Part shown: positions 36,368 to 48,200 of the stretch, piece after piece
Numbering within the stretch: position 1 is the first letter of the stretch
Layout: every line of letters begins with the position of its first letter
Sequence record: NZ_CP142098.1
Reading direction: 5' to 3' (one strand)
From: a plasmid
Length of the DNA stretch: 64,000 nt
Position numbers and translations under genes: made by a program
Notes under the pieces: generated by a model
The model's input: only the letters and a program-made list of their open reading frames with translations
What the model was told of the DNA's origin: nothing
The model's database searches: none

Positions 36368-39300
36368 TTATGCTGCATCCCCCTGCACATAGCCGAGGCT
36401 TGCCAGCATGTCGTTGGCCAGTTGACGAATGGCGCCGCTTTCATCGTCATTGCCGGCGCGCTTTTTCATCATCGCAATATGTTTTTCTGCTGAACCGCCT
36501 GGGAAGGTTTTGGCCAATAAACGTCGGGCCGTTTGGCCATCCAACGCGTCATACAGCATGTTGCGTAGAGCGCGGTTTACCGGGGTCGAGTTTAATGCCC
36601 AGAGCCGCAGTGGCCCTGCGGTGTTTTTGAGCAGCTGAGCCACGTTGCCATTGGTGGTTTGGAAAACGGCCAGAAACGTGACGCCACTTCCATCCGGCGC
36701 GGCGCCGCGGGTTGTGTTGAGCAACCTATTTAGTGTGGTACGCGGCACCTTGAAAGTTTCCTGCAGAATAGGGAAGTCCTTAGTCCTTACCCGCATCAGA
36801 TACAGGGAGTTGGCGGACTCCAGGATTGTCTGCGGGTAATCATCCAAATATTGCGAAGCGAACACCGTGCGGATACCGAATTTTCGTTTCTCGCGATCTT
36901 CGGTTTCGAGTGCATCCCATAAAATGTCGATACCTCTGATGTTATGCAGCTCATCGATAAAGATGAGTTTGACCTCCTGATCCAGTTGTTCGATGCGTTT
37001 TCGATGCAGTGGTACATAACGTGGATCCAGATGATTGTAGAGTTCATCCTGGTACTGTGGCAGATAGAAGTCGTTAGCGCCGGCCAGATGGCGGGCGAAC
37101 TGATACATGATACCTGTCTTGATTTTACCTTCCGGAGTTTGATTGCCGGCTACGTTGTTAACGTCGACGATACGAATGCGCGTATTTGGGTTGATGGAGT
37201 ACCGCGTGCGTCCCGATATCAACGGGTAATCGAACAGCGCCTGTGTCAGACAGCGTGACACATAATGCAGTAATGACTCATCCGATCCGGGACGGTTGAC
37301 GTTAGCGAAGACATTGCGCATTTCCTCGCTGTTTAGCGCCCCCTGCAGGTCGTTGAGCTCAGGTACAGCTTGAGCCTGTGCTAACGCAGCCTCGGCAACG
37401 CAGCCGGCAGTGAACAGCATATCGCGGACTTCGTACCAGGTAGCGATCTCCCACCAAGCGGCATCATAGCGACTCAGACAGCCGCTTGTTTCCAGCGCGG
37501 CATCAACCTCCGGAACCAATGACGCTCCATAACGCACCGGTTCAATGTCGCTGTTCTTGCGGTACACCATCTCAATAGCGCGTGTCAGGATCTGCCTGCA
37601 TGATGGGGCATCAGGTGCAGTGCCCAGCTGTGGATCGATACACAGGCTGGTCAACAGGCCGAGCAAGTAGTCACGTTCAGTGCTGATGGGCGCTTTAAGC
37701 CCAAGTTGGATATCGAACGGATTGCGGCAGAAATCTGCTGTATTACGCAGAATAATACTGGCAATTTTGTCCTTTTGTCCGTGGGGTAGGCTGTCATAGA
37801 CCAGATCGTAAAAGCCCTGAGCGGTAAAGCCTTTGTCAATGAAAGCCATAAACGGCAGATCAGTATTACCGTTAGTGAGAGCATCGAGGTGAAGGCTGTT
37901 CGCTAACAGGGATTTTCCCGATCCTGGAGGACCTGCGAGCAGCTCGGTGTGCTTTTCCTGCAACGAACTGCCCAAGCCGATCGGATAAGGTTTGCCGTCG
38001 ACGGTCTGGAAAATTGCGTTACCTTCGTTGCCCCAGGGGCTCGCTGGCCGTTGCAGCGGCATCAGTTTTAACGCTTCAGACAAAGGGGGGTACATCAGCG
38101 TTGGCGCGCTGAAACTAGACACCATAGGTAGAGTGTTGACCCAGGCACGAATGGGATCGCCGAAAGTACGGGTCACTGTTGTAACACCCCAGCTCTGGAT
38201 TGCTTTTTGCAGTAACGTCAGATTGCGTTTCAAACGGCTTTTGTCTGCGTCCCAGGTACTGGCGGTGATACTCATCATACAAACAGGCTCTTTCTTGTGC
38301 TGCGCCATCAACCATGAAATGGAGTCGTAAATATCTCGTAGTTTAGGGACGAAGGCGGCAAACGACAGTAGCTGCTGCTTTTTTTCCAAAGCCTCACCGC
38401 CGCCGGGCATCAAGTCCAGACGTAAGCGCCAGGGTAACTGCCGTGGTACTTTGGTGAACAGCTGGGCAAAGGATTCGGGGCGCTGAGGTGCCAGCGTCAT
38501 GGCCAACTGACCGTGATAGAGTCCGTCGACCTCGATCAGACTGCCGTGGGTGTCGACCTCGGTGTCGCAGAACTGGAAATTCAAGTGCGGCGCCAGGGCT
38601 GCGCTGATATCGTCGCCGCGCAATTTTCCTTGAGGGATCACGCGATCGCCTGGCAGCAGGGGGCGCCACTCTTCATGGGTACTTAGCCGCTCTATTTCAT
38701 CGCGGATCACATGGCCAGCTTCATGCGCGTCAAGCAATCGAACCATCACGCCGTCGTTGCCGTCGGCCAAATCAGTGGCCAGCTTATCGATAAATGCGTC
38801 GTGGCGCAGCTTAAGGCCTTCAAACTCGGCGTAAATCGGGTTTTGCCCGAAACGGGCTTCAGGCAGATCTTTGAATTGAGTATTCTGCCGCTGTATTTCT
38901 TCTCTTCGTTCACTGAGCGGCAGGGCGCCAATGGCGGAATACACGGTAAGCCAGACTCGTTCGCGGGCGACATACGGCGTGAGTTTGACGATTTGCTCAT
39001 CGACCAGGTCATCGAGAGCCAGACCAAGCTTGCGGTAGGCGCGGCGTTGCGGTTCGACGAGACGAGTGATTTCTTCGGCGCTGCGCGTTGGATCGCGTTC
39101 AAACACGATGCTGATTTTATGACCCAGGCTTTTGAAATCGCCGGTCAATGCATCGCGTAATTTCAGAACGAAGCGCAGGAAGCTGTCCGGCGTCGGTGTT
39201 TCATTTTCGTGCTGGGGAACTGCCTCACTGAACTCGCGAAAAGCGCCTAGGATCTCAAAAGTGCTGGCATAGTCGTTAGTTTTAGTGACGTGTATGTAGG

Positions 39301-39484
39301 GAGCATCAAGTGAGGGGTGTCGGATTTTGTCGTCTGGTGTCAGGCCTATGACGGTACGCAGGTCACAATACTGAGCGAAATCGCGGCCTAGGACATAACG
39401 GGAAAAATAGGCAAAGAGATCTTCGATTTTATCGATAATCACAGTTAACTCCGGGACAGATAGTCGTGATAGAAAGCGCGCCAC
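36368..39484 (-). CDS. conjugative transfer ATPase, about 1000-aa class (DotO/IcmB / TraU / VirB4-family)
   Basis: Walker A LLAGPPGSGKSLLAN in the C-terminal half; 1038 aa. Confidence 0.8.
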   Translation of the reverse strand: MARFLSRLSVPELTVIIDKIEDLFAYFSRYVLGRDFAQYCDLRTVIGLTPDDKIRHPSLDAPYIHVTKTNDYASTFEILGAFREFSEAVPQHENETPTPDSFLRFVLKLRDALTGDFKSLGHKISIVFERDPTRSAEEITRLVEPQRRAYRKLGLALDDLVDEQIVKLTPYVARERVWLTVYSAIGALPLSERREEIQRQNTQFKDLPEARFGQNPIYAEFEGLKLRHDAFIDKLATDLADGNDGVMVRLLDAHEAGHVIRDEIERLSTHEEWRPLLPGDRVIPQGKLRGDDISAALAPHLNFQFCDTEVDTHGSLIEVDGLYHGQLAMTLAPQRPESFAQLFTKVPRQLPWRLRLDLMPGGGEALEKKQQLLSFAAFVPKLRDIYDSISWLMAQHKKEPVCMMSITASTWDADKSRLKRNLTLLQKAIQSWGVTTVTRTFGDPIRAWVNTLPMVSSFSAPTLMYPPLSEALKLMPLQRPASPWGNEGNAIFQTVDGKPYPIGLGSSLQEKHTELLAGPPGSGKSLLANSLHLDALTNGNTDLPFMAFIDKGFTAQGFYDLVYDSLPHGQKDKIASIILRNTADFCRNPFDIQLGLKAPISTERDYLLGLLTSLCIDPQLGTAPDAPSCRQILTRAIEMVYRKNSDIEPVRYGASLVPEVDAALETSGCLSRYDAAWWEIATWYEVRDMLFTAGCVAEAALAQAQAVPELNDLQGALNSEEMRNVFANVNRPGSDESLLHYVSRCLTQALFDYPLISGRTRYSINPNTRIRIVDVNNVAGNQTPEGKIKTGIMYQFARHLAGANDFYLPQYQDELYNHLDPRYVPLHRKRIEQLDQEVKLIFIDELHNIRGIDILWDALETEDREKRKFGIRTVFASQYLDDYPQTILESANSLYLMRVRTKDFPILQETFKVPRTTLNRLLNTTRGAAPDGSGVTFLAVFQTTNGNVAQLLKNTAGPLRLWALNSTPVNRALRNMLYDALDGQTARRLLAKTFPGGSAEKHIAMMKKRAGNDDESGAIRQLANDMLASLGYVQGDAA

Positions 39485-40110
39485 CAGGTTGTTCCAGCTT
39501 CAAGACCGTCAGTGGCCAGCTGGCCTTTTATACGTGCGGGATGTAACACCAACGCGAGATGTTGCCAGCGCTCCGCTGCAGTTTGTCGACCTTCCTCATC
39601 CAGTTTGCTCAGAGCCTGGGCGAACGCTTGCGGGTGTGTGGTGCCCCAAGCTTGTTTGACGGGACTGTCGTGGGTTGTCAGCCAGTCCAGTAACGCTTGT
39701 GCGTCGCTGCGATATTCATCGTCGGTGGAAGATAACGCCTGCACGATAGCTCGCTGCAGATGATTTGCATCTTCCGGAGCCAAAGCAGGCAGATAAACCA
39801 TCACACCCGCTTCGGCAGAAACAGAGTCGAGTTTTTGCCAGGCTTCGCAAATTGGATCTGCGACCCCCAGGTTGTCTTGGGCAGTATTCAATGGATTGGT
39901 GTCCCTAAACACGACCCTGTTATGTGGGGATGAATAACCGCAATAGTCACAACTATGACCGCCACGGCGAGCCTGATCATCCAATATGCCGCGCTGCGCA
40001 GGCGTGAGAGCATGCCCGGTAACTCGCCGGGAGATGGAGAAAATAAGCATGAATTTTTCCAGAGATCCTGGTAGCAGGAAGGCCATCCCGAATGGGATGG
40101 CCTGGTACAA
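39445..40110 (-). CDS. hypothetical transfer-operon protein (221 aa)
   Basis: ORF overlapping the ATPase start by 40 nt; no TM segments; Cys pair HSCDYCGY. Confidence 0.4.
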   Translation of the reverse strand: MYQAIPFGMAFLLPGSLEKFMLIFSISRRVTGHALTPAQRGILDDQARRGGHSCDYCGYSSPHNRVVFRDTNPLNTAQDNLGVADPICEAWQKLDSVSAEAGVMVYLPALAPEDANHLQRAIVQALSSTDDEYRSDAQALLDWLTTHDSPVKQAWGTTHPQAFAQALSKLDEEGRQTAAERWQHLALVLHPARIKGQLATDGLEAGTTWWRAFYHDYLSRS

Positions 40111-40515
40111 TTAACCAGCAGTTACTGGCTGCATTCCCAACTGTTTCTGACTGCGGTTTGCGACCTGGTCAAGTGCCAATAATGCAGCGCCGGCTATAAT
40201 TGCAATCATGATGTGAGAAACTTTAATCTGAGGGTTATTCTTCTTAGATATCATCATGATAATTCCGGAAGCTATTAAAATAAGGCCGATCACACCGCTA
40301 GATTTAACAAAGGGGTCTTTCAGTGAAATTATCCCGTTAAGGACGTTTGTGATTGAGTCGGCAATATCATCGTCTGCATGAGCCAGCGGGGCAACGACCA
40401 TGCTAACCACAGCGGCCAGAATACTGGCGATATGTCGACGAATGGCATCGGCCACCATATAGATTTTGACTGCCGCGTGCAGGGGAGCATTTTTCAGGGT
40501 TTTCAGAACGTTCAT
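40111..40515 (-). CDS. small membrane protein (134 aa), pilin-like or IcmM/DotJ-like
   Basis: Long leader then two hydrophobic segments. Confidence 0.4.
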   Translation of the reverse strand: MNVLKTLKNAPLHAAVKIYMVADAIRRHIASILAAVVSMVVAPLAHADDDIADSITNVLNGIISLKDPFVKSSGVIGLILIASGIIMMISKKNNPQIKVSHIMIAIIAGAALLALDQVANRSQKQLGMQPVTAG

Positions 40516-40530
40516 TTCTACCTCGTAGTT

Positions 40531-41061
40531 TTACCAATGGATATTAAGAGTGTTTTGCAGTGCATCGAGTACACGCGGATTGGCGGCGAGCATAGTGCCG
40601 ATGATCAGGCGCTTTGCGCCGCTAACAACGTCATCACCGGCACTGAGCCCGGTGTGGCCGTCTTTCTGTGAACGCCGCAGGCGCAAAAGCCCCTGAAGCG
40701 CGTAAATCACGCCGACCAGTTGTAACAAGGTCAGGGTTGCGTTGATGGCCGTGGCGGCCGGGCCGTATTTTCCTTCGGAGACATAGGCGATGGCGCCAAA
40801 GGTCACGCTACCGAGTGCCATCTGGTTCGATGTAGCGTTCATCACCTGGTGAAGGGCGATAGTGGCTCCGCACATCACGACAACGGTGACAATTTTGCCG
40901 GCGCCGTCCTGTACCTGCCCGCGTCGGGCTTTGCCGGCGATGCTGCTCAAGTGCATGGCCATCATGACCAACCCACCAACTAAACCGATCGCCAGCACCA
41001 GGCGAATACCGACGTCTGTCACATTGTTGACTGCGTTGGCCAGCATCTGGACCAAATCCAT
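40531..41061 (-). CDS. integral membrane protein (176 aa; TraQ-like position)
   Basis: Four predicted TM helices. Confidence 0.45.
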   Translation of the reverse strand: MDLVQMLANAVNNVTDVGIRLVLAIGLVGGLVMMAMHLSSIAGKARRGQVQDGAGKIVTVVVMCGATIALHQVMNATSNQMALGSVTFGAIAYVSEGKYGPAATAINATLTLLQLVGVIYALQGLLRLRRSQKDGHTGLSAGDDVVSGAKRLIIGTMLAANPRVLDALQNTLNIHW

Positions 41062-41069
41062 AGCGTTCC

Positions 41070-41840
41070 TTACCGAATGGTTCCGGCGGAGGTGATCACC
41101 TCACGTTTTTCAGTATCGATACGCAGTACTGTTGCGCGCCCCAGGGCATCGCCTGGTCGTAATGCCCAACTACTCCCCTGATAAGTCACCCAAGCCAGGT
41201 CCGGATACAGACTGGTTATCGAGGCTCCTTTGAGGCTGTGGTTCGCGTTTGAGCGACGTGAGGCAGTATTTCCGGTTGGCTTAGCGGTAGGCATAACCGC
41301 AGCAGGTTGGGGCTGTCTTACAGCTTGTGCAGCAACTTGCTGCTCAAGAGCACGCAAGCGCTGATCCAGTGATTTGAGACCTTCTCGATTATCGCGAGCG
41401 TATACCCACACGTTGTCTAAAGCTTGTGCCGTTGCCTGCTGCGCATTGTCCTCGACGTTAGTTAGCGATGAGGTTTCACCGACAGGTTCAAGTTCGCGAT
41501 CTGCTGATTCGATATGCACTCCTGCTTGGGGGGACCGGGGTGCTGCTGGCGCTGGAGTTGGAGCTGGCGTGGGCTGTATTGGTGTCTCTTGAGTCACGAA
41601 TTGGGTGCTGCCGCTACTACCACTGGACTGTGGTGTGTTGCGTAGCACACCATAGGTGATGATGGCTAACAGCGTGATTATTAGGGCGATCATCTGAAGA
41701 CGTGTAACTTTTAAGCCTAAGGGCAATGTGATCAGCCGTGGTTCTGATGGCTTACGAACGATCGAAGTCTCTGCCTCGATTGGTTCATCCAGTTGCTCGT
41801 CCGGGGGGGGGTTATTCAGGTCGAAATGAGACTTAGACAT
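41070..41840 (-). CDS. bitopic membrane protein with Pro-rich linker (256 aa; TraP/DotF-like)
   Basis: Single TM (ITLLAIITYGVL) followed by PTPAPTPAPAAP and a C-terminal beta-rich domain. Confidence 0.45.
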   Translation of the reverse strand: MSKSHFDLNNPPPDEQLDEPIEAETSIVRKPSEPRLITLPLGLKVTRLQMIALIITLLAIITYGVLRNTPQSSGSSGSTQFVTQETPIQPTPAPTPAPAAPRSPQAGVHIESADRELEPVGETSSLTNVEDNAQQATAQALDNVWVYARDNREGLKSLDQRLRALEQQVAAQAVRQPQPAAVMPTAKPTGNTASRRSNANHSLKGASITSLYPDLAWVTYQGSSWALRPGDALGRATVLRIDTEKREVITSAGTIR

Positions 41841-43054
41841 TAACGCTCTCCTGCGAGGGATGTGGTAATAGCATCCCGATTGATGCGATCGCTGGCGTAT
41901 ACGCCTTTCATGAAATGAATCGCGATGGTTTGGTTTTTGAAGACTTTCACCTGTTTGACCGGTAGCCGTGCCGCGTCGGCCGCCATCACCTGCCCGGCTT
42001 GAGTACCGATACCGCCGGCGACGGTGCCCGCGAGGGCTGAACCTTTCACCTGTCCTGTACCGCCGCTGATGGTGCCGGCATTGGTGGCAAGGATTTGGGT
42101 ATTTTGCTGTTCGTACAGCTGACCGGCTTTCCCTATGCCCATGGCCAATGCAGGCAGCAAGATGCGACTGACGTACCGATTATTGACGTCGCTGGCGACG
42201 GTAGATTGCAGGGTGTCGTCCTGCAGCGCGTAGGCATCAACCTGGTAGTCGACGCCATTAAGCGTCATACGAGTGAAGTGGATCACGACACCATCGCCAG
42301 CCAACTGTATGCCCTTAGCGGTGAATTCTGCGCCGGCAAACTGACCGGCGGGTATGTGGGCCAGCACCAGTGAGTTGAGGTTGTCAGAATCGATGGCATT
42401 GTCGACCACCGCCGGGCGGCGAGTGTTTGGCGGCACAATGACGGCATCACCAGATGTACGAGCTGAGGAAGGGATTTCCGCGGATACAGTTGCCTCTCTT
42501 CCTGGCAGGCTCTGTGACCACTGACTGAAAGCGTTATTGCCGTTCCCTGGTTCGTGTTCCCCTGCAGCTGGTGCCTGCCCAAAGGTGCCAGCTAACTGCA
42601 TGTTTCCCGGTCGCCAGCGATCATTGAGTAGCTTCAGATAGCTTTTTAACGCTGCTTTTTGATCCTCTTGGATGGCTCCGCCAGACTGCGGAACTGAGGT
42701 AGTGTCGGTTTCCGCGGTTGTTTTAAGGGCTACCGGCGGAGGCGGCTCATTTGGTGTTTCGATTTGCACATCACTCATGCGTAATGAAGCGATAAAACTA
42801 CCATCGCTGGCAGCTGCCGCTTCTGAACCAATACGGTTACCCGTTTTGATCAACTGCTGATATTGCGCAGTTTCCTGAGAGGTAACCGGCGCGCTATTGG
42901 CCAGGTTGTTAATAGCGTATTGCGATGGGGTCGGCGCCGGTTGGTGCAAATAGCCCCAGCCCACAAATAACAGCGCGAGCAGGCCGATACCTCCGGATAA
43001 CAGCAGGAGCAGGCTTTTTTTGCCGTCACTCGCCGCATCTTTTTCGATGGCCAT
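41840..43054 (-). CDS. bitopic membrane protein (404 aa; TraO/DotG-like, VirB10 analogue)
   Basis: N-terminal TM, Pro-rich region, C-terminal domain; start overlaps the previous stop. Confidence 0.45.
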   Translation of the reverse strand: MAIEKDAASDGKKSLLLLLSGGIGLLALLFVGWGYLHQPAPTPSQYAINNLANSAPVTSQETAQYQQLIKTGNRIGSEAAAASDGSFIASLRMSDVQIETPNEPPPPVALKTTAETDTTSVPQSGGAIQEDQKAALKSYLKLLNDRWRPGNMQLAGTFGQAPAAGEHEPGNGNNAFSQWSQSLPGREATVSAEIPSSARTSGDAVIVPPNTRRPAVVDNAIDSDNLNSLVLAHIPAGQFAGAEFTAKGIQLAGDGVVIHFTRMTLNGVDYQVDAYALQDDTLQSTVASDVNNRYVSRILLPALAMGIGKAGQLYEQQNTQILATNAGTISGGTGQVKGSALAGTVAGGIGTQAGQVMAADAARLPVKQVKVFKNQTIAIHFMKGVYASDRINRDAITTSLAGER

Positions 43055-43058
43055 AAGG

Positions 43059-44048
43059 TTACTCCAGATTGATGGTCAGTGGTGTATTGCGGCCCTGCAC
43101 AGAGAACACCACCTCCGGAGTGAGCGGCAGTTTCCACACATGGGTGCCGTCAGCCGCGGAAGAGGTTTCAACAAATGCATCGCGTAATTCGCTTCGTGAG
43201 CGGATATAGAGGTCGTCTCCCATCTGCCAAACGGCAGTCAACGGAACTCCACCGCCAGTTTTGAGATGACGGGCGCCATCGGGCGGGACGCCGTCCAGAA
43301 ACGCCTGCAGCGTAGGATTATCGAGGCTGATTTTCTCGCGTGCGATCGGCAGGGCTTTTGCCGATGGTCCGCGAAGAGGGATCCTCAGGTTTAGACTGCT
43401 GTCGGTGATCTGGGCCCTGCCGGCGTTGTCCGGTTCGCCACTGGTCAGTGCTATGACGACGGGAACCGGTAATCCCTTCAGGTAGACCGTTACGCTGCCG
43501 GTGTCGTAAGCGCGCCGGGCCTGAACGGACATAGCTGGGCTGTCGGGAATGTAATTCACTTCAAAACCAGCGTTGTTGCCATTAAGAGGTGGTGCTGCAA
43601 TCGGCCACGGCGCCCCGGTTTCGTCTGTAAACGAAACAGAGCTCGGGAAATTCGGTAGGGCGCGGAGCATCGGCAATGAGGCACCTGGCGACAGGTTGAC
43701 TGTCAGAGAGCTAACCCGTGGTACCGCTGTTACCGGTGAACGGCTTTCACTGCGTTGAAGTTGGTCAAAAGTATTACGTAGGCTGTCCACCTCGCGTGGT
43801 GAGAGCGGCGCCATTTGCTTTTGGGCATAATCCAGCGCCGGCAAAGGCAGCGGTGGCGAGCCATCCTCCGGTAAGGACGTTGTTGGCTCAGGTGTTGTTG
43901 TTACGGGGACATGTTGCGGGGCATTGACAGGTGCCTCGCTCAACGTTTGTGCCGGTTTCCAGGCGGGGGCAGGCGCAACTTCGGTTGTAGCCGCGCCTGC
44001 TGCTTGCGCCAGGGTCAGCAGAAGCAAACCGGTCAGAGGGGTTTTCAT
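43059..44048 (-). CDS. secreted protein (329 aa; TraN/DotH-like, VirB9 analogue)
   Basis: Signal peptide MKTPLTGLLLLTLAQAAGAATTEV; size matches the R64 TraN class (from memory). Confidence 0.45.
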   Translation of the reverse strand: MKTPLTGLLLLTLAQAAGAATTEVAPAPAWKPAQTLSEAPVNAPQHVPVTTTPEPTTSLPEDGSPPLPLPALDYAQKQMAPLSPREVDSLRNTFDQLQRSESRSPVTAVPRVSSLTVNLSPGASLPMLRALPNFPSSVSFTDETGAPWPIAAPPLNGNNAGFEVNYIPDSPAMSVQARRAYDTGSVTVYLKGLPVPVVIALTSGEPDNAGRAQITDSSLNLRIPLRGPSAKALPIAREKISLDNPTLQAFLDGVPPDGARHLKTGGGVPLTAVWQMGDDLYIRSRSELRDAFVETSSAADGTHVWKLPLTPEVVFSVQGRNTPLTINLE

Positions 44049-44049
44049 G

Positions 44050-44721
44050 TTATTTAGCCTCGAAAGTAATGAGCTGGGACACTTCCATGCCGGTGTGTTT
44101 AAGACGGGGGTCGGTACGCTGGATAAGCAGTGACATCACAAATGACTGTTCGGGCAACGATGTCACTTGGCCGGTGAGCTTGAGTTTTATCGGATATTGG
44201 ATCTTCCAGGCATAAATGCCGTTCTCGAGCGTTCCTTTGCTAACCACTACGCCGGGGGAGGTCATAATCGACATGTTCATCTTTTTGTCTTTCACTGCAG
44301 TCAAAACGTTGGAGGTGGTCAGGGCGGTGTAATAACTGCGGAATCCATCGTCTGAGAAACGTGCCTGTAGCGCATTCATCTGGCTGCGATAATGCACAAA
44401 ATCGAGCGTAAATGCCTCACGCAATACCTGTGCGCCAAAGTCGGTCACGTTGATATCGCTATAGGCCGGTTGATCAGTGGGATAAAGCGGCGTGATCTGC
44501 CCATCCTGTGTGGCGAAATACTTCACTGGAGGGTGTAAGGCGACATACGCCAGTATGGCGATAATAAACGCACATACGACGAGAGTGACGCTTTGCCACA
44601 AGTTAACCGCCAGAGAACGACGGGCAAAATCGGCGTTGAGCTGACTGGCAATATGCTGCGCCACGGCAGCTGCGTAGGGCGCTTCACCTGCAGAAGCAGG
44701 CGGGGTAACTGGCTTTTTCAT
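44050..44721 (-). CDS. bitopic inner-membrane protein (223 aa; TraM/DotI-like, VirB8 analogue)
   Basis: Single TM about 40 aa from the N-terminus, periplasmic C-terminal domain. Confidence 0.45.
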   Translation of the reverse strand: MKKPVTPPASAGEAPYAAAVAQHIASQLNADFARRSLAVNLWQSVTLVVCAFIIAILAYVALHPPVKYFATQDGQITPLYPTDQPAYSDINVTDFGAQVLREAFTLDFVHYRSQMNALQARFSDDGFRSYYTALTTSNVLTAVKDKKMNMSIMTSPGVVVSKGTLENGIYAWKIQYPIKLKLTGQVTSLPEQSFVMSLLIQRTDPRLKHTGMEVSQLITFEAK

Positions 44722-44808
44722 GGTGACTGTCCACGGGTGAACCCCGTCGCAGGTGAACTGGACGGGGGATCGCGTTTATGGCTGAACATCGCGCGAATGC
44801 GCGGTGGA

Positions 44809-45288
44809 TTATCGGGAGAAAATATACCCATCGGAATTGCCGCTGTTGCCGGCCGATGTTGGCGCGACAGTAGCAGACTGGCTGTAGGTGGTTGGCGTGT
44901 AGGTTGGCGCCGCGTTCATCGAACGGGTTGTCACCAAACCGCCAGTTTGGGACGACAGGTCACCCCATGGGTCTATTTTACTGGGTATATAAGATTGGAT
45001 CTTGTCACGTACCGCGCGGCAAACTTTGTCCTTGATGCCATTGAGGATCCCACTGAGATCACCAAATGTCGGTACTGTTATGGCCGTGCTGATACTACCC
45101 AGGCATTGCTGCAAGCCACCGGATACCTGGTTTTCACGCTGCGACCAGGCCTCGGCAGCTTTACGATCTCTTTCATAGCCCGCTTGCGCACCCACCTGCG
45201 CGGCAGATACCGCCCGACAGTTGGCGGCGTGCGCCGATAGAGAAACATTGCCAATTAATAATGCGACCAGGAAAAGTTGACGGATCAT
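44809..45288 (-). CDS. secreted protein (159 aa)
   Basis: Signal peptide MIRQLFLVALLIGNVSLSAHA. Confidence 0.45.
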   Translation of the reverse strand: MIRQLFLVALLIGNVSLSAHAANCRAVSAAQVGAQAGYERDRKAAEAWSQRENQVSGGLQQCLGSISTAITVPTFGDLSGILNGIKDKVCRAVRDKIQSYIPSKIDPWGDLSSQTGGLVTTRSMNAAPTYTPTTYSQSATVAPTSAGNSGNSDGYIFSR

Positions 45289-45296
45289 GAGAGCTC

Positions 45297-48200
45297 CTAT
45301 GCCCCTGGGCGAGGGAATGCGGTTGCGGGTTTGACTGTATTCTCCGGCACGTCGTCCCGGCGCTGCGGGGTGTGCGCCGGAGGCGTGTACTCGCGCGTGA
45401 ACCCCAATTGTTTATGCAGCGCCGGCGGGCACTTTGCCGGCTCAACGAGAGGGGCATACAACCGCTCTTTTTCGCCTTTGAGATTGAACACAAAAGCGTT
45501 GCTAGCACCTTCCTCATTGTTGATGGCATTACCATGACCGATCGGTGTTAGGCCTTCAGGAGTGATAATGTTGAGCGTCAAATAGCGATGACCATTGGTA
45601 TGAGTACAAAGTTTGCCGAGTACTGGGTGATATGCATCCTGATATTTCACCATTCCCTGTACATAGTCGCCGAGCCCTTTGATCAGAAGCAATTTGAGTT
45701 GTTTCTCCGCATCCAGTGTTTTAATTAGCGCGGTGCCTGCATCCTGGGTGTGGGCCGGTAGAGGTGTAACTGCAGGACGTGTTGACGGAGGTTCGGTACC
45801 TTCCCCATTAGGTTTTAACCAGACCAGTCCGTGCTGCAGTGTTGGCATTGGAGGAATAGGCAGTTTTGCCTCGGTTGCCAGCTGGATCACCTGTTGCTGC
45901 AGTGCGTGATAATGCGTCATATCATAAGCATGCAGCGCCGCCGGCGGCGCCAACTGCTGTTCGTTCCGAACTAATAATGAGGGGTCGATAGCCGGCTTTA
46001 TTTCCCAATGGTTGCGGTGCGTGGTGATCTGCTCCGTTTGTTCTACGCCGTGTTTGTCTACCACTACCTTCCCTTGTGGGTCTCGCATTTTTGCCTCTAC
46101 GGTGACCTCTTTGCGGCCGAGCCAGGTTAGCGTGACGATATCGCCTTTGGTCAAGCCACTCTCCGGTACTACCCGAGACAGTTCTTTGCCCCAGACAAAC
46201 TTCTCTCCGTCTGCTGTACGCAGTTTGATGTAGTAACTATTACTCTCAGAGTTATCGAAGTTGTACTTGGCCTGTCCATGATCGAGTAATGTGCCGGTCA
46301 ATCCCGCTTCGCCTTCAGCACGACTGGCATTTTGCGCCGCCTCTTGTGGCAGCGATACCGGTTGAAGCTCTGGCGGCAAGGCGTTTGCTGATTGCATCGA
46401 AACGGAGGATTTATTGGGTTCCGCTGCTTCAGGGACAATCGCGGATATCGGTGATCCCGCCGGTGACGGTTTGTCAGCGGGGGCGGGTTCGTCGGTGAGG
46501 CGCTGCCTTGCTTCCTCAAGCATCACCTGCTGCTGGGCGTTCTTCATTTTGAGGTCGAGGTTGTATTCCGCAATCAATGTGATGGCACGTTGTTTGAATT
46601 CGTCGCTGCCGGTGAGTTCAATACGACCACGGTACTGCTCTCGCGCAACCAACAGAGCACTCAGGATCATGGCGTCGTTCTGGCTGGCTTGGGCAGTCGC
46701 CATCAACAAGCGATCACCGTGGTCAACAAACGCCGCTTCGCCGGCAAAAAGATATTTCACTGAACGACCGTCTGCTGCCATTTCATGAGTGATCTGTTGC
46801 ATTAAGGCATCCAGATCTAATGGTTTCGCCGCGCGCGTCTGGCTACCAATAGGCGTCTCAATGTGGATACCGTCGACTTCTGCAGAAGATGAAGTTGGAT
46901 CAGCCTGTTCTTTTTCTACTGCAGGTCGCGGCGCCAGCCGACTGGCAAAAGAAACGGGTTTCTCCGGTACGGAGTCTTCTGCCTCCGAGCTGGAAATAGG
47001 TGCAAAAGCTGTCGGATTTACAGGTTCTTTGTGATCTCTAGATGCGGGCTGCTCATCTACAGAAGGAGGAGATGGAATAACGATAGGGGCAATTTCTGCC
47101 GTTTTTGATTTTTCTATAAGAGCCTCATTCTCCATGACGGCGTCTGCTATATGGCTGTAGTCGGTGAACTCGTTTGGCACATTGGCAGTGACGTGATCGG
47201 GCAATACCTGATCTGATGCTGATTCAACGACGTTAGGTGTAGGTTCAGAAGGTTCATCGGTAAGCACTGGCGGAATAGCTACGATTTCTGTGTCGTTAGC
47301 CACATGATCTGGTTCCGGGTTGGTCATCTCTGGTACGACCGGAGTATTTGGCATGGTTGCCTCTTGTTGATGAGTTGGTTTTAGCATTGCCTGCACCGGG
47401 GATAGCTGTTCGCTCAGTGCCGCCAGTCCGTGAGTAATATGTAGATCATTGAAGTCCGTTAGCTCCTGCCGGCGTTCCTCCGGGCTGAACGTTGGTAATA
47501 GAACCATGCCACCGGTTAGTGCCGCGGCTTCTTCTGCTTTTTCTTTTCCTGGATTTCCCGGACGTTTCGGCTTAGGCAAGTCGTCATCTGCTAAAAAAAT
47601 CATGGGACTATCGGGGTATTTATTTTTCAGCGCGCCAGCGACTTTAACCAAGTTGCCGGAGTCGACGGTCATTACCACTGGGTGATGCAGTGCCATTGCG
47701 CCGCTGGCTGCGGTGGCGTATCCCTCTGCCATAACAATGGGGGAGCCATTCTTAAGCGTACCGCCGACGACGAAGAAACATTCCTCTTTCTGACCGTTTT
47801 TGGTCAACATCTTGGCGCCGTCCGGCTTTATGGTTTGAAGAGAACGAATCTCACCGTCGACGTTGCACAGGGGAATTTTCAGGTTACCTTGGCGATCGAG
47901 GCGCACTCCCGAAGATGCTTTGACCATTTTTCGTTGAAGATAAGGGTGATCATGGCTGGCCTGTGAGAGTTGTGCGTAAATGCGACTCTGGGTTTTAGCG
48001 ACAACATTTTGTTCGTTTTTTATTTCTTCGTTACGCTTGTAGCGTTCTTGTGCTGCCAGCGCTTTTTGATGCGCCAGAACGGCCGGATCGGGTTTTTCCG
48101 TAGCCAATGACCAAGTGTGCCTCATTCCTCCGTCTCTGTGGTCGGCGAACCATCCGTTAATAAAACCGTTGAGGTGACCAACGTACACACCGGATTTTTT